Shown: positions 1 to 12,625 of the stretch, one piece after another | Position numbering within the stretch: the stretch's first letter is position 1 | Layout: each line of letters begins with the position of its first letter | From: Protoeuglena noctilucae | Taxonomy: Eukaryota | Length of the DNA stretch: 64,000 nt | Assembly: GCA_958009085.1 (NCBI GenBank) | Contig: OY253687.1 | Span: forward strand, 558,001 to 622,000 | Direction of reading: 5' to 3' | The notes under the pieces: model-generated | What the model was told of the DNA's origin: nothing | The model's input: only the letters and a program-made list of their open reading frames with translations | The model's database searches: none | Made by a program: the position numbers and the translations under genes

Positions 1-1486
1 GGCCGGCATGACGCACATCCTGCGCGAGGTCGAGAAGCCCGGCTCCAAACTGCACAAGAAGGAGGTCATCGAGCCCGTCACCATCATCGAGACCCCGCCC
101 ATGGGTGCGTGGCGCTCCCAGCTGCCGGCCTGCTCCGGGCGCTCTTCCCGCGCGCCCCCCGCACCGCCCGCGCCCCTCCCCCGCAGTCATCGTCGGCCTC
201 ACTGGCTACGTGGAGACCTACCGCGGCGTGCGCAGCTACAAGACGGTCTGGGCGCAGCACCTCAACGACGAGGTCAAGCGCCGCTTCTACAAGAACTACT
301 ACAAGTCCAAGAAGGCCGCCTTCCGCAAGTACGCTGCCGGTTTCGACGAGAGCAAGCTCAAGAGCGAGCTGGAGGACATCAAGAAGCACTGCTCGGTCGT
401 CCGCGCCATCGCGCACACGCAGGCGCGTCCCGCCCCGCGCCCGGCCCGCCGCCGCCCCGCGCCTCCCCTCCTCTGCCGCCTCACGGTTCCCTCGCTGTTC
501 CTGGTTTCGCAGAACAAGAAGGCCGGGTGCAACAACACCAAGGGGCAGCGCAAGGCGCACATCATGGAGATCCAGGTCAACGGGGGCAACGTGGCGGCCA
601 AGGTGGACTTCGCCTACTCGCTCTTCGAGAAGGCCGTCTCCGTGGACACGGTGTTCGCCAAGGACGAGATGATCGACACGATCGCCATCACCAAGGGCAA
701 GGGCACGGAGGGCGTGGTGGCCCGCTGGGGCGTGTCGCGGCTGCCGCGCAAGACGCACCGCGGTCTCCGCAAGGTCGGCTGCATCGGCGCGTGGCACCCC
801 GCCGCCGTCAAGTGGACCGTGCCCCGCGCCGGTCAGATGGGCTTCCACCACCGTACGGAGATCAACAAGAAGGTCTACAAGCTCGGCAAGGCCGGCGAGG
901 CCTCGCACAAGGCCACGACCGACTTCGACATGACGGAGAAGGTGCGGGGCGGGGCGGGACGCGGGGCCTGCCGCTGGCGGAGGGGGCCGGACGTTGCTGG
1001 CGAGGGGGCCGGACACCATCGCACTGTCTCTTTTCCTCGAGGTGCCCGTTTTCATGGCCCGCGGGATGTAACCCGGTGCAAGACTGACTCCCGATCCTGG
1101 CTCACGGCGGCCGGGGCCCACGTCCCCGGCTGCGGGTGCTGGGGCCGGGCACACGCGCGACCGCACGCCGCGCCACGACGCGCGCTCTGCCCTCTGCCCG
1201 CGCCAACCCCCACCCTCGGCTTCGGCGCCTGCAGGACATCACGCCGATGGGCGGCTTCCCCCAGTACGGTGTCGTGAAGGAGGACTACCTGCTGGTGAAG
1301 GGGTCGGTGCCCGGGACGCGCAAGCGGGCAATCACGCTGCGCCAGTCGGTGTTCAAGCCCACGACGCGCAACGCGCTGGAGGAGATCTCGATCAAGTTCA
1401 TCGACACGGCCTCCAAGTTCGGCAAGGGCCGCTTCCAGACCTCGGAGGAGAAGGCTGCCTTCTACGGCCGCACCAAGGCACAGTGA
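1..1486 (+). CDS. RPL3: 60S ribosomal protein L3 (5' end outside window; introns ~105-186, 423-512 GC-AG, 942-1234)
   Basis: Spliced translation has uL3 motifs [78 protein letters not shown] ends at 1486. Confidence 0.97.
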
Positions 1487-2110
1487 GCGCCCGCGGCTGG
1501 CGTGCCGCAAGTCCACGACGGCGCTGCTTAGCCGAGGGCCGCCAGGCCGCCTTCGCGTCGCGCTGCGCCACGCCCCTGGCAAGCTGCTCTGGCGCTGCGA
1601 TGGCTTGCCAGTGCCGGTGCCGGGAAGAGCTGTTGAAGGACGGGGAACTGACGGGAACGCTTAGACAGGGTGTGCGAAGGAGAGAGCCGCGCGCCCTGTG
1701 TTTGAGAGAGGAGTGTAGACGAGTTTGGGGAGATTTGGCCACACAAAGTCACACCAGGGACAGGCAGAGGGGGACAGGGAAGCCATGAACGCCTTGACTG
1801 GCAGGTGACTCGTTACGCCTCGCGGTCCGTTGGGGCGGGGCCCGCGGTCCTCGCGAGCGCGGCCTGCGACGCTGCGCTTGGCGTGAATCGCGAATCACGG
1901 TGCTCCCGTCCCATGCTTGTGCCCGTCGAGAAACGGATATAAGCTTTCATTGCTTTCGCGCCCGTGCTCCGTCCCTCCCGCGCGTCGAGCGACCGGGGAG
2001 CGGCCCACGTTGAAAGTGCGGCTCCTAGCAAACTTGCCGCGCCCGCTCGCGGGGATCCGTCGATCGCCGCCTGCTGCTTCCGCAGTTGCAGGTTGGGCAT
2101 TCTGGCCCCG

Positions 2111-2993
2111 ATGCCGCAGCCGGTGAAGCAGGGGAAGGTGCAGGGCGCTCCCTGCGCCCACGGGGTGCGGGGTGCGAGGGTGGTGGCGCGGGCAGCCAAC
2201 TGGCTCAACACGGGCTACATCGCGGACCTGCGGACGAAGAGCGCACCCATCGCCGTCAGCGACGTCTACAAGGCGCTTCGCGGCTGCGAGGTCTACGTGC
2301 CTGCCCAGTCGGGCCTCGCACGGCGCGGCGAGCGCGTGGAGCTCGTGCGTCAGTGGGGCGACGATGACGTCGTGGTGCTGGCTTTCGGGCGCAGCTTCGG
2401 GTGCCTCCTGTGCTGGGAGCTAGCGACGCAGCTGGCGCGCGACGTCAAGCCGAGGCTCGACGATGCGGGGGTGAAGCTCTTCTTCGTCGGGATCGGGACC
2501 CCCGAGCGGGCCGTGGACTTCACGCGCGAGACCAAGTTCCCCGCGGAGAACCTCTTCGCGGACCCCGACGCCAAGTGCTACTCGGCGCTGGAGCTGAAGA
2601 AGGGCGTGGTCGAGACGTTCTTCAGGCGAGCCCGCGATATGTGGCGTTGGAGGGGTGGCCTGGGAACCATGGTAGCTGGGAAGCATCAATCTGGAATACG
2701 ATGAGGAACATACATCGCCGTTTGTTTCCATCCGCAGCCCTACGACGCCCTACAGCTTCCTGGACCGTATGCGGAAGGGCTCGGAAGGGCTGGCGGATTT
2801 GAAGGACATCCTCAAGCGGTGGATCCCCGGGGGCATGTGGATCCCGCCCAAGAGGGGCCAGGCGCTCAACCAGGGCGGGATGTTCGTGTTCAAGGGCAAG
2901 CAGACACTCTTCGCGCACTACGACCCCTCCACGGGCGCCCACGCGGACATCCAGGAGGTCATGCAGCTCGCGCTGGCGGCCAAGCGCGGATGA
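2111..2993 (+). CDS. AhpC/TSA-like (PRXL2/AAED1-like) thioredoxin-fold protein, probably plastid-targeted; start uncertain; GC-AG intron 2626-2737
   Basis: AFGRSFGCLLCWELA (CxxC), LFADPDAKCYSALEL, NQGGMFVFKG, HYDPSTGAHAD. The intron joins FFS-PTTPYSF in frame; Arg/Ala-rich N-terminus. Confidence 0.85.
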
Positions 2994-3186
2994 AGTCGGC
3001 TGCGTTATGTCTACAGTCCGTCAGGACGCCATATGTTTGAAGGATGCTGAGAATTAGTGCCCTAACCTACCCGCCAGCTGCACCAGCACCTGGAAAGAGC
3101 GGGGCATGTCTGACGCTGCCCAGTTTGCACGTCAATCTGTGAGCATACGTGCGTCAGATGAGTCCCGATTCGAGCGTCGGGAGGCC

Positions 3187-6100
3187 ATGACGGGGGAGTG
3201 CGGGGGGCCCGTTGCGCTGGTGAGGGCTGTCTTTGCTAAAGCGCTGCGTGGCAGCAGGCGTGGAGCTGCGTGAATGTGATACCGCGATCAACATTTGTTT
3301 CGGCAGGTCACGGAGGTCCACGGGCCCACTGCGCCGCGCAAGGCGCTCCCGGCTCGCTTCGTCTGCGGCACACCCGCGCAGGAGCAAGTTGCGCTGATAT
3401 TCGATGCAAGCATCGCTATCTACGATGTGTCCACGGGTACGTCTTGGACAAGCCGCGTTTACTTTGGCTGCAAGCCCTCCCTTCGGATCGGGAAGTGGGT
3501 AACTTCTGATGGCTCACAAATGAGCGGCGTGCTCGCCACCCGCAGGCCCATGTCTGGAGCTTTGCAGGCAGAAGACCTCTCAAGAAATACGTGATGCTGC
3601 GGTATGCCCAGGGTCGGCGTCGGACGAGCCCGCTCAGCTCGCCCTGCTCTTCACGCCTGGTGTGTCCGTCCTCACGTGGGATTCCGCCTCGATGCGCTTC
3701 CACACGCTCCAGTTCGTAACGATGGACGTCCCGGATAGCATCGCTTCCCCTCGATTTGGCCTAAACGCGCACATTTGGGCGCACCCAGAAGGCCTCGCGC
3801 TGGGGGTCTCCGCTTGGCACGACACAGGTGCGCTGATGGTCAAAGAGTGCATGGATTGACGCCCAGGGAAGGGACCACAGACCACAAGCGCGGCCAGACA
3901 TGGCCCCCTGCTCAGAATCCAACCCTGCGCCCCCGCCGCGCCCGCAGTCGCGATGCTGCCCCGGTCATCTCTCCTCCAGCAAGAGCCCTCCCAGGATTTG
4001 CCCGCATCCTCGCGACGTGTTCGCTCGTCACCATTGCCTCCTTATCTCCCACCGTTGCTTTTCCACAGGCCCTTGGTGCCGAGCCTCTCGGCAGCTCCCA
4101 TCGACCCTGCCCCGGGGTGGGGAGCCCGGCAGCCACCATCGGGACACCCGAGTGGCGATCTCTCCCGGGACCACAACCGCGTGCTCTTGCACGACGTCTC
4201 GAGCGCGTTCGTCGCTCCATCGACCACTGCAGGCTCGCCGCAGCCGTCGGGCCAGCTGTCGGGCCCCCATGCCACGCACACGCAACGCTCCCCGGCAGAC
4301 CATCTGCGGGCTCACCCCGTGCGCGACGCTGACATGGTGGCCGAGAATGCGAGCGCGGAAGGTGTGGGGCAAGCCGAGGCCGGAGCACCTTCTACGCTAC
4401 GTGCTGCGACCACAGCGGGGGTCGACGGGGCCGGGGCTGGCGCAACCCCACGATCCCTGCCGCGCTCCGGCTGGGACGTCAGGGTTCCCAGGAATGCTCA
4501 GGAACCTGCGCAAACGCCCTTGCCTGCTCCTGCTGCGTCGGGGGCCCCTGGCCCGGGGTTCACGGTGCTGGGCGGGACGTTCCTGTCTATGCGGTCGGTG
4601 GGTGCGTGCATGGCACTGCATGCCCTCTCGTGGCCCGTGGTGCTGGCGGTGGTCGCGTGCGATGCTCCGAAGGACCGCGCGCGGGGGGCCAACCGCGTGG
4701 CTCTGATTGCGGGGGCAACGGGGCAGGAGCAGGGTCGCGACGCAGCACCGGGACTGGCACTTCTGGCATCCCTTTGTCTGCCTCACGGTGGACGCGCCGG
4801 CCTGGTCAGCGTCGTTTCCGAAGCCGGGCCCGTCCTTCCCGGCGCTCTCGTGGCTGCGGGCACGCACGGGGCGGTGCTGCTGCGTGCCGTCAGCCTGTCT
4901 GGCCCGGGCGAGCCTGCTGCCGCAAGCGGATCGAATCCAGAGGTCGCCCTCCTGGCCCTGGCGGTCGTGGAGTGGAGTCAAGTGGGTGGGGTGCCTTCAG
5001 GTGACTGGCGCAGGTTTGCTGGGCTGTGTTGTGTCTTTCCAAGGACCATGCCACGCCGTGGCCGGGTTACGGAATGCTGTTACTCAACAAAGCATTTCAT
5101 TGTTCTTGTGCCTGTTCTGCTCTTCAGCCGCCTCAGTGAGAGTGCTGATAGCGACGCGCCCCCCGCCCACTCTCTCCGCAGACCCCTGGGCCTCATTGCC
5201 GACATCCCTCATCCAATTGGACGACTCATATCATCACTTTGACGTTTCCTCATCGTCGGGTCATCGGGCCCCGGCAGGCGTCGCTCCCCCGGGTCCTCAG
5301 CCCCATGTGCATAACGAGCGCAGTCGTGTCGCACGCACACCCACACCCACACCCACACCGGGGTGTCCTGCATCCACATGGCTCCTCGGCCACGCCGACG
5401 GGCGCGAGACCCTCCTCCGCGCCCTCGTTACCCCGGATGAGAGGGGCAGCGATCGGCACGGCGTCGTGGGTGTGGGCCAGGGCTGCGGTGGGCACGAGGG
5501 TGCCTGGCTCGCTTGCGAGGCGGTCGTCGCACTGGAGGGCTCTGGGCTGGGCGGTGCCATCGTGTCCGCCCAGAGGATCGGCGCGTCATCAGGGACGGGA
5601 ACGGGCCACGGCTGGCGCGTGGTGGTGGTCAGGTGAGCGGCGATAGCAATGGGGTGCCGCGTGCGCCCCGTGGCTTTATACCCAGGCGCTTACTGCGACT
5701 AAGGGGTAGGCACTGTTAGCGCAGCTGAGGGATGCGGTTCACAGAGACATCTTTGAGCATGGACAGAGGTTGACAAGACCCGTACGTAATGTGTTGCGTT
5801 TGCAGGGAGGGCCGTCCAGCGGAGCTCTTGGAGCTTCGACGAGCCAGCGTGGACGGCACAGGCTCTGTGGCGCGCTTGGATCGCGTATCGGTCATCCCGC
5901 ACGGACATGCGACGCTGGGGTGCGTGTCAGACATGCGCCTCACTCTGGCACAAGACGGGCAGGGTCGGTCTGCATGCGCGGCCGTCGCGGCGCTGCCCGG
6001 TCAGAGCCAGGTGGCGCGCATCCACTCGGGGTCCCGTGCGTCCGTCCTGGCTGTCGGCTCGGAGCCTGTGCCCGGCCTGGAGTGCATGTGGACCGTACCC

Positions 6101-9100
6101 CTGGCGCCAGAACGGGCGCCAGAATCTGACTCGAGCCGGGCGACATTCGAAAGGCCATCCGTGCCGGCGTGTCCAAAGGCCAATGATTTGGGAGGCGGAG
6201 AGGGCGAGAGCGCGGGGGCATGCACGCTGGCAGTGCTGAGGGTGGGCTCCGGGTGTCGTGCGATGCTGGCGAGGGGGCTCGCAAGTGCTATTGCGCCTCG
6301 CCTGGACCTCGTTGACTGCACGGACGATGTCTGCGGGGATCTGTGTCCCCCCGGCGAGGTGCAGGTCGTCGCTGCTTGCGACGTGGGGGTGCCTGGTGGC
6401 AGTGGCAGTGGCAGTGGCACGGCCGTGTGCGCTGTGGCTGCCTCCGGCGAGGCACGGCTCTGCCGCTTGCGGCTCGAGGGAGGGCGTGCGGAGGGGCGCG
6501 TATGGGTGGGTCTGGTCGGGCGCAGTAACAACCTGGGATCCACCGCTCTGGCGGCGTGCGCGGGGCCGCTTATGGTTACTGTCGCTGCCGGGAGCTCTGG
6601 GCGCGTGCAAAGGGAAGCGGGGGCGAGGGTTGAGAGAGTTTGGGGTGACGTCGGCACGTCTGCAGGGAGTTTGGGGAGCCCAAGCGAGGGGGGTTTAGAT
6701 GTCAGTCCCGGTCGCGCCAGGCGGTTGCTTCAAGTGCACTGCTGGGTGCCGAGTGGGCCACCGATGGGTGCGTCTGCCACCAGCACCAGTCTCACAAACG
6801 ATGCAGGGATGGGCGGGGGCGATGGGAGTGTGCGTGGGGACGCCCCATGTGCCGGTGACACCCGGGTTCCCGACGCAGCAGCAGTGGGCCTGACGACAAC
6901 GCTCGTCTGCGAGGTGGAGTTGCCGGATGAGGCCACGTGCCTCGATGCTGCGTTCCTGTGCGCGGCTGGGGCGCGGTCAGCGGAGCTGGGAATGGGGCTG
7001 CAAGTGCCTGAGGGCAGGGAAGGCAAGGCAGACGGGGGGTGCGAGGTTGACACAGTCGTGGTGGTGGTGGGCACCCGGGCTCCCTCTATGGAGCTCCTGG
7101 TGCTGCGACGTGGGCTCCGGGGACGCTCATCAGTCGCACCTGGGGACTGGCACGTGGCTCTGTGCCAGAATCTGCCGGTGGCGACGTGGCGGCCCCTGTG
7201 CCTCGGAGCGTCCGGGCTGATGGCGGGGCCGGCGGGGGAGGGCGCAACGCGCGCGGAGGCGTGCGTAGGGCAGCAGGGAGCCCCTTTTGCACAACGTGGG
7301 CGTGGGTGGAATGCTGAGGTGGCCGCGAGTGCGGGCAGCGATGGGGCTGGCAGCAACGGGGTTGTCAAACGGGGTGCGGGCGAGGGTCTGCGTTCGTCAG
7401 AAGAGGCCTGCCTTCCATCGGACGTGCCCAACGCAGTCGTCGTTTGTCTGCAAAGGGCGTCGCCTCATGTCAGTGACGGCGACTGGGGTGCGAGCGACCA
7501 TCTAGGCCTTGCACCTGGTAGTTCCCTCGATGAGGGGCGCATGGGTGCCGCTGTAGTGGCCTATGTGACGGTAGCAAAGCGTGGGGGTGCCACCATCTCT
7601 TTCAGCGTCGAGCTGGCGATGACTGGAGGACATGACAGCCAGGGTGGCTCTGGGGGTGTTGGCGAGGCTGAGGGCGGCCAATATCGCATGCAATTGCGAG
7701 ACGTGGGACCCCCGGCCATGCACTGGGCAGGGCGTGAGCCGCCGGCTCTCTTCCGAACCCTCGACGCAACAGGTGGTGTTGGCGATGATGTCAGTAGCAG
7801 CCACTGCCGCTTGGCTGCGCTCGTGGTGTCCGATCGCACCTCGGCTCTCGTGGCAGCCCATGGCGGTCGCAACCGCGGCTGCTTGATAGACGCACTGCTC
7901 ATGCACGCCCCGCGGCTCCTACCGGTGGCCGCGCACGTCCCTTTTCCCTCGGCCGCTGGGGACGAGGTGTTTCTGGCAGCGCTCTGGCCCGACGCGCGCC
8001 TGGCCCTGGTGTCGGTGCCGCGGGGGCGCCGGCCGGCGGTGGAGGCAGGTGAGACTCGAACGCTGCACCAGGCAGATGAGATGTACACGACGCGAGACTT
8101 GCTGTGCTGCTTTCGATGTACTGGGCTGTGCTGTGCTCCTGCCGAGTGCCGTTGCGCATGCACGTCGCTGATGAGATAAGTATATGGTGATGTTGTCAAA
8201 TGACTACCAAGCTTGGATGTCTCGTCCCTGGTTGCAGTGCCCGTGGACAGAGGGGCGCCCTTCCTGCTGGCGGCGCACCCCGCGTCAGGCCTGACCGCGG
8301 CGCTGTGTCAGGACCAGGGGGAGCGGGCCGAGCGGCGAGCCATGCGTGGCGTGGCAGGAGGTGCCGGGGCGATGGGGGGGCGCGCCGGGCTGGCAGAGAC
8401 GGCAGGGGGGATGATGAGCGACTCCGATGCAGAGGTGAGGGTGAGGGTGAGTAGCAGAGGCATCTTGGGGTGAGCAAGGATGTGAAACAGCTGCCGTGCA
8501 GATCGCTGTCGTCTCTTCAGCCACCCATATGTGAGATCATGCACCCTGATTTCACACTCCTCGGTCCAACCCGCACCCGTGCTTCCCCCGCCCTGCAGGA
8601 CGGCCCGGCGCACCTGCCGCTGGACCCCGAGGCTTTCCATCCCTGGGAGCGCATCGCGGGGAGTGCCCCCGGCCGCAGTGGGCGGTCCACCGACCGTCGC
8701 CGTGACGCGCCCGCCTACCACCTCGTCCTCTGCGACCCGGCCGCCCCTCGCCCACTGGCCTCCGTGCGCTTCCCTCCCTTCGAGCGGCCGACCTGCGTCG
8801 CATTGTGGCAACCTGACGCAATGCCAGCGTCCAGCGGTACCCGCACGCCTGTAGCGACCGGTGTTAGGACGGGCAGAGCAGAGGCGTATGAGGACTTTCT
8901 TGATGTGGGCGACGACGGTTATGGCGGCTATCGGAGGTTGTTTACAGATACTGGTCTGTGGAGGTGCGTGCACGATGGGGCGGGCCGGGGCGACTTCACT
9001 GCGCGGGGGCTGCGTAGGAGTGCTGATGAGGACAGTGACGATGGCATGGGCGAGGGTGACGATGAGAGATACTCAGGCGTGGGGACCGGGTCGGGCAGTG

Positions 9101-12100
9101 GGGGCGGGGTGGACGACGACGGGCGTGAGGTCATGGACAGTGGTGGCAGTGGTGACGGTTCCGAGTCGGCGATGTCAGGAGACGATTCGGATATGGGCCC
9201 TTGGGGCCGGCCGGGGGTGCTTGGTAGGACTGTGGGCGGGGACGCAAGCGGGGCGGGAGCGGGGGCAGACGGGGGATGGGGTGCGAGCGGGGCGGGGGCG
9301 GGAGCGGGGGCAGAGGGCGAAGGGGTTGCTACCAGGGATGGGGATGCAGTCCGGTCCCCGTCTCTCCATTCGTGCTTTGAGGAGGATCTCTTACACGATG
9401 CGGGAGCGGCCGTCGAGGTTCTCAGCGGCGATGCCAGTGGTGGCGCCCGTGGCGAGGGCGTGTCTGGCAGAGCTGACCGGGAGCAAGTGGAACGAGGGGC
9501 GCCTGGGGTGTGGCGAGGTGGCGTGTTCGACCCCTTCCAGAGACAACACCCCGCGGCAATCGACATTTCGCCCAGTGCACCTGTTGGGGCCGCCCACGCG
9601 CGCGCACCGGGCGCGACTCATGTCGCACACGCTGACCAAAGCTGGCAGGGCCGGACAGTGGGGCTCAAGCGGCGACGCGGGGTAGCCAGTGCGTCTCACC
9701 GAGTCAGGGATCGCCGTTTCAAGGCTCTGGTCATCGTTGGCACGGAGTACTTTCCCAGAGAGGCCGGGGTTCACTCGTGGGGTGGCGCTGAGAGGGATCC
9801 GGAGGGCTCCGCGGGTCGTGTCCTAGTCTTTGGCCTGCGGTGGCGCCGCGGCGAGGTGGAGCTGGAGCAGGGACCTGGGGCGCGCTGCGAGGGAGCTGCC
9901 GGGGCGGCGAGGGGTGGGGCGGGGATTGACTGGCGTGTGGAGTGGGGCGAGTGGGAGGAGGGAGGGGTGCGTGGGGTGCAAGGGAGGGCCTTGTTGGGGC
10001 GTGGGTCATTGATGGGGATCGAGAGCCATGCAGTCGGAGTGGCGCAAGTGAGCCCGCCTGACCAACAGCGCATGGGCATGGTGGGGTCTGTGAGCGTGGC
10101 CCCCACAGCTGCGCATGACCGGCCGCCCCGCCACCAGCAGATGGGGGCCATATGGGGCCAGCCAAGGGGTCATATCCAGAGTCACGAGATTGCCGCGGGC
10201 CACTCGCCGCTCTCCGGCAGCCCTGGGGAGGCACAAGGCGCGGGGCGCTGGGGCATGTCAATGCGCGCTGTAGCACAAGTGCCCGACGCCGGCGCTGCGG
10301 CTGCCGGGCTGACCCCGGCAGGCGCTTCTGGTCCTATCATGGAGCCTCACGTGTGTGCTTGGGGCAGGACCGCCACCGAGGGTCGCGTCGAGGGTTCCAC
10401 AATCCCAGCCCACGGCACCACCACATCTGGCGCCACTGGGGGGTTTTTGCACCCTAGCAGCCCGCCACCTGCCGTGCGTCCCGTGCGTGTCGAGTTGGAG
10501 CTGTTGGACGCGGGGCTGTTGCCGGGCAAGATCCTGGCCCTGGCGGCGAGGGATGGCACGGCGTCGACGGCAGCGACGCTGATGGTGTCGTGCCGCCGGG
10601 CGCTGGTGCAGCTGGGGTGGGCCAACGGGCGCCTCACGCAGCCCCTGGCCACGAGTGCTGTGCAGGCTCCCGTGGCGGCTGTCGGTCTCGAGCCTGCCGA
10701 TGGCGAATGGGGCGCGGGGCCCAGCGCTGCGCTCCCTGTCGGCCGGTCTGGGGTGTCAGGTGCGGATGGGACGCCCGGCGTTGCCCTGGCTGCAGCCTGT
10801 GGGGCGGACGGGTCCGTGCAGCTTTTGCGGGTGCCTGTGCCCGTGGCTGAGCCTCTCCCGGAGCCGTCGTGGCAGCGAGTGTCGTCATGGAGCACACCTC
10901 ACCGAGCGATGGCCTCGGGTTGCCGCATCGTGGGATGCGGGGTGTCTCGATGGGGCGGTGGGGCGAGCGAGGTTGGAGGAGACTCCGCTGGTGGCTATGG
11001 ACGGCCTGGTATCAGCAACGTGCGCTCGGCTGGGCAGAATGGTTCTGTGGGGCGAGCGGGTGGGACGGGCCCTGTTGGGTCGTTAGGTCACGTTGCGAGG
11101 GGCGGGAGCAGCGTGTCTAACCGGGGCGGAGATGGGACGAGCTTAGTGGCACTCCATGCCTTGGCAGAGGTGGCGGCGGCTGATGGGGCTCCCCCGGGCG
11201 TCAGGCTGGAAGCTTGGGTGGGCACAGCAGGGGGTCCAAGCATGGGCGGCGATGGGGCATCTTTGATGAACGGGACCGGATTATTGGTTGCTAATGGTGC
11301 CATGGGTGGCATGGGCCCGGCTGCGTGGGGTGCGCTGAGCGCAGGGACTGTCGCTGCAGCCAGGGGCTTGTCGGGCCCGGTGCGGGATATCCTGGCGGCA
11401 GCAGCTGCGCAGAGCAGCGCGAGCGTCGCAACGCCCGCACTGCGGAGTGTGCCTGGATCGGAGCACGCAGCGCCCAAGGTCGCGTGGGAGGGGCGCATGG
11501 CACACTCCATGCGCCTCTGGTTGCCTGGGTCTGTGCCTGCGGGCCTAGCGAGCGGTGCCGTCAGCGCCTTTCCTTGGGAGGGGTGCCGGCCGGGGCAGCC
11601 AAGGTGACTTGGGAAGCGGGAGCTGGTGGATGCTGGCTATGTTTTGATGAGTTGTCAAACGTTGCCCATGAATGGCGGCCCTAGTGACTTACCTCACCTC
11701 TCCGCTCCATCTCATCGCAGGCTCCTCCCCCATCCGGGCCTCGCCTTTGCCACCGCCGAGGGCGCCGTCGTCGCCTGCACGCCCATATCGACGCGGGAGT
11801 TCGTCATTCTTAAGGTCATGGAGGCTGCCGCGGTGTGGCACCCAGCAGGCATCCTCCTGGGACCCCACGCCACCCTCAGTCGCAACGACCGCGCTTGCAA
11901 CGACGGTGGTCAGCACCACACCCCACCGCCCCTCCCTTGGGCCCCGAGCGTCGCTGCCGCTGGCAAAGCGCCACTTGTCGAGTACAAAACGCTCTTGGAC
12001 ACTTTGCGCCCGGACATATCGCGTCTGTTTGAGGCGGCCCGGGCGATGCGTACTTTGAAATGGCACAGCGGGGGCCGTCGGGAGGCAGCGGGGCTGACGA

Positions 12101-12486
12101 TGAGCCCTCTTGCGTCGCCTCTCCCGCTGCTGCCTGAGGAGACGTCGCGGAGGCCGAGCGTGGACTGGGCTGGGGCGGTGGTGCTGGGCACTGGGTCGCT
12201 TGGGGCTGTGGATGGGGCAACGGTGCGGTGGGCACTGGCATCGCCTGCGGACGACTTGGTGGAGATGGCGCAGGCGAGGGGGCATGGGGTGGTGTCTCTA
12301 CATGTCTCTAATGTGTGAAATTAACATGTAGTCGAACATCCCATCAGATTTGTGACATGACGTGGCATCTCATGCCGTGCTACACAGGTGGCCACTTGGC
12401 TGTTGGAGCATCACTTGGGTGGATGGGCAGGCGGCCCTGCAGAGCTGGTGGCGGCCGTCAGCGGCCTGCTGAGCAGCGCGGGGTGA
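3187..12486 (+). CDS. Large multi-exon DDB1/RSE1/CPSF-A family beta-propeller protein (resembles plant At3g11960-type proteins) with long low-complexity insertions; internal exon boundaries partly uncertain
   Basis: Remembered family-like blocks appear in order: LALLFTPGVSVLTWDSASMRFH...LALGVSAWHD; ALVIVGT...GRVLVFGL; FATAEGAVVACTPISTREFVILKVMEAAAVWHP...VDGATV. First introns 3220-3306 and 3437-3545 keep frame. Last exon 12388-12486 follows a probable GC donor at 12274. Confidence 0.6.
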
Positions 12487-12625
12487 CAGCGGCTGGGCTG
12501 TCAATTGACGCAGTGGCCATCTAGTTAAGAGTGCAACCAGGCTGTCGCATGGTTGAAGAGCAGTGTTATGGAAGCGATCACATGCACCATCACACAATCA
12601 AGCGCCAAACAACACCAGCGGCACG

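Noticed and set aside
2380..2420. Selenoprotein (SelU-like)
   Set aside because: The redox motif is CLLC with TGC codons; no in-frame TGA.
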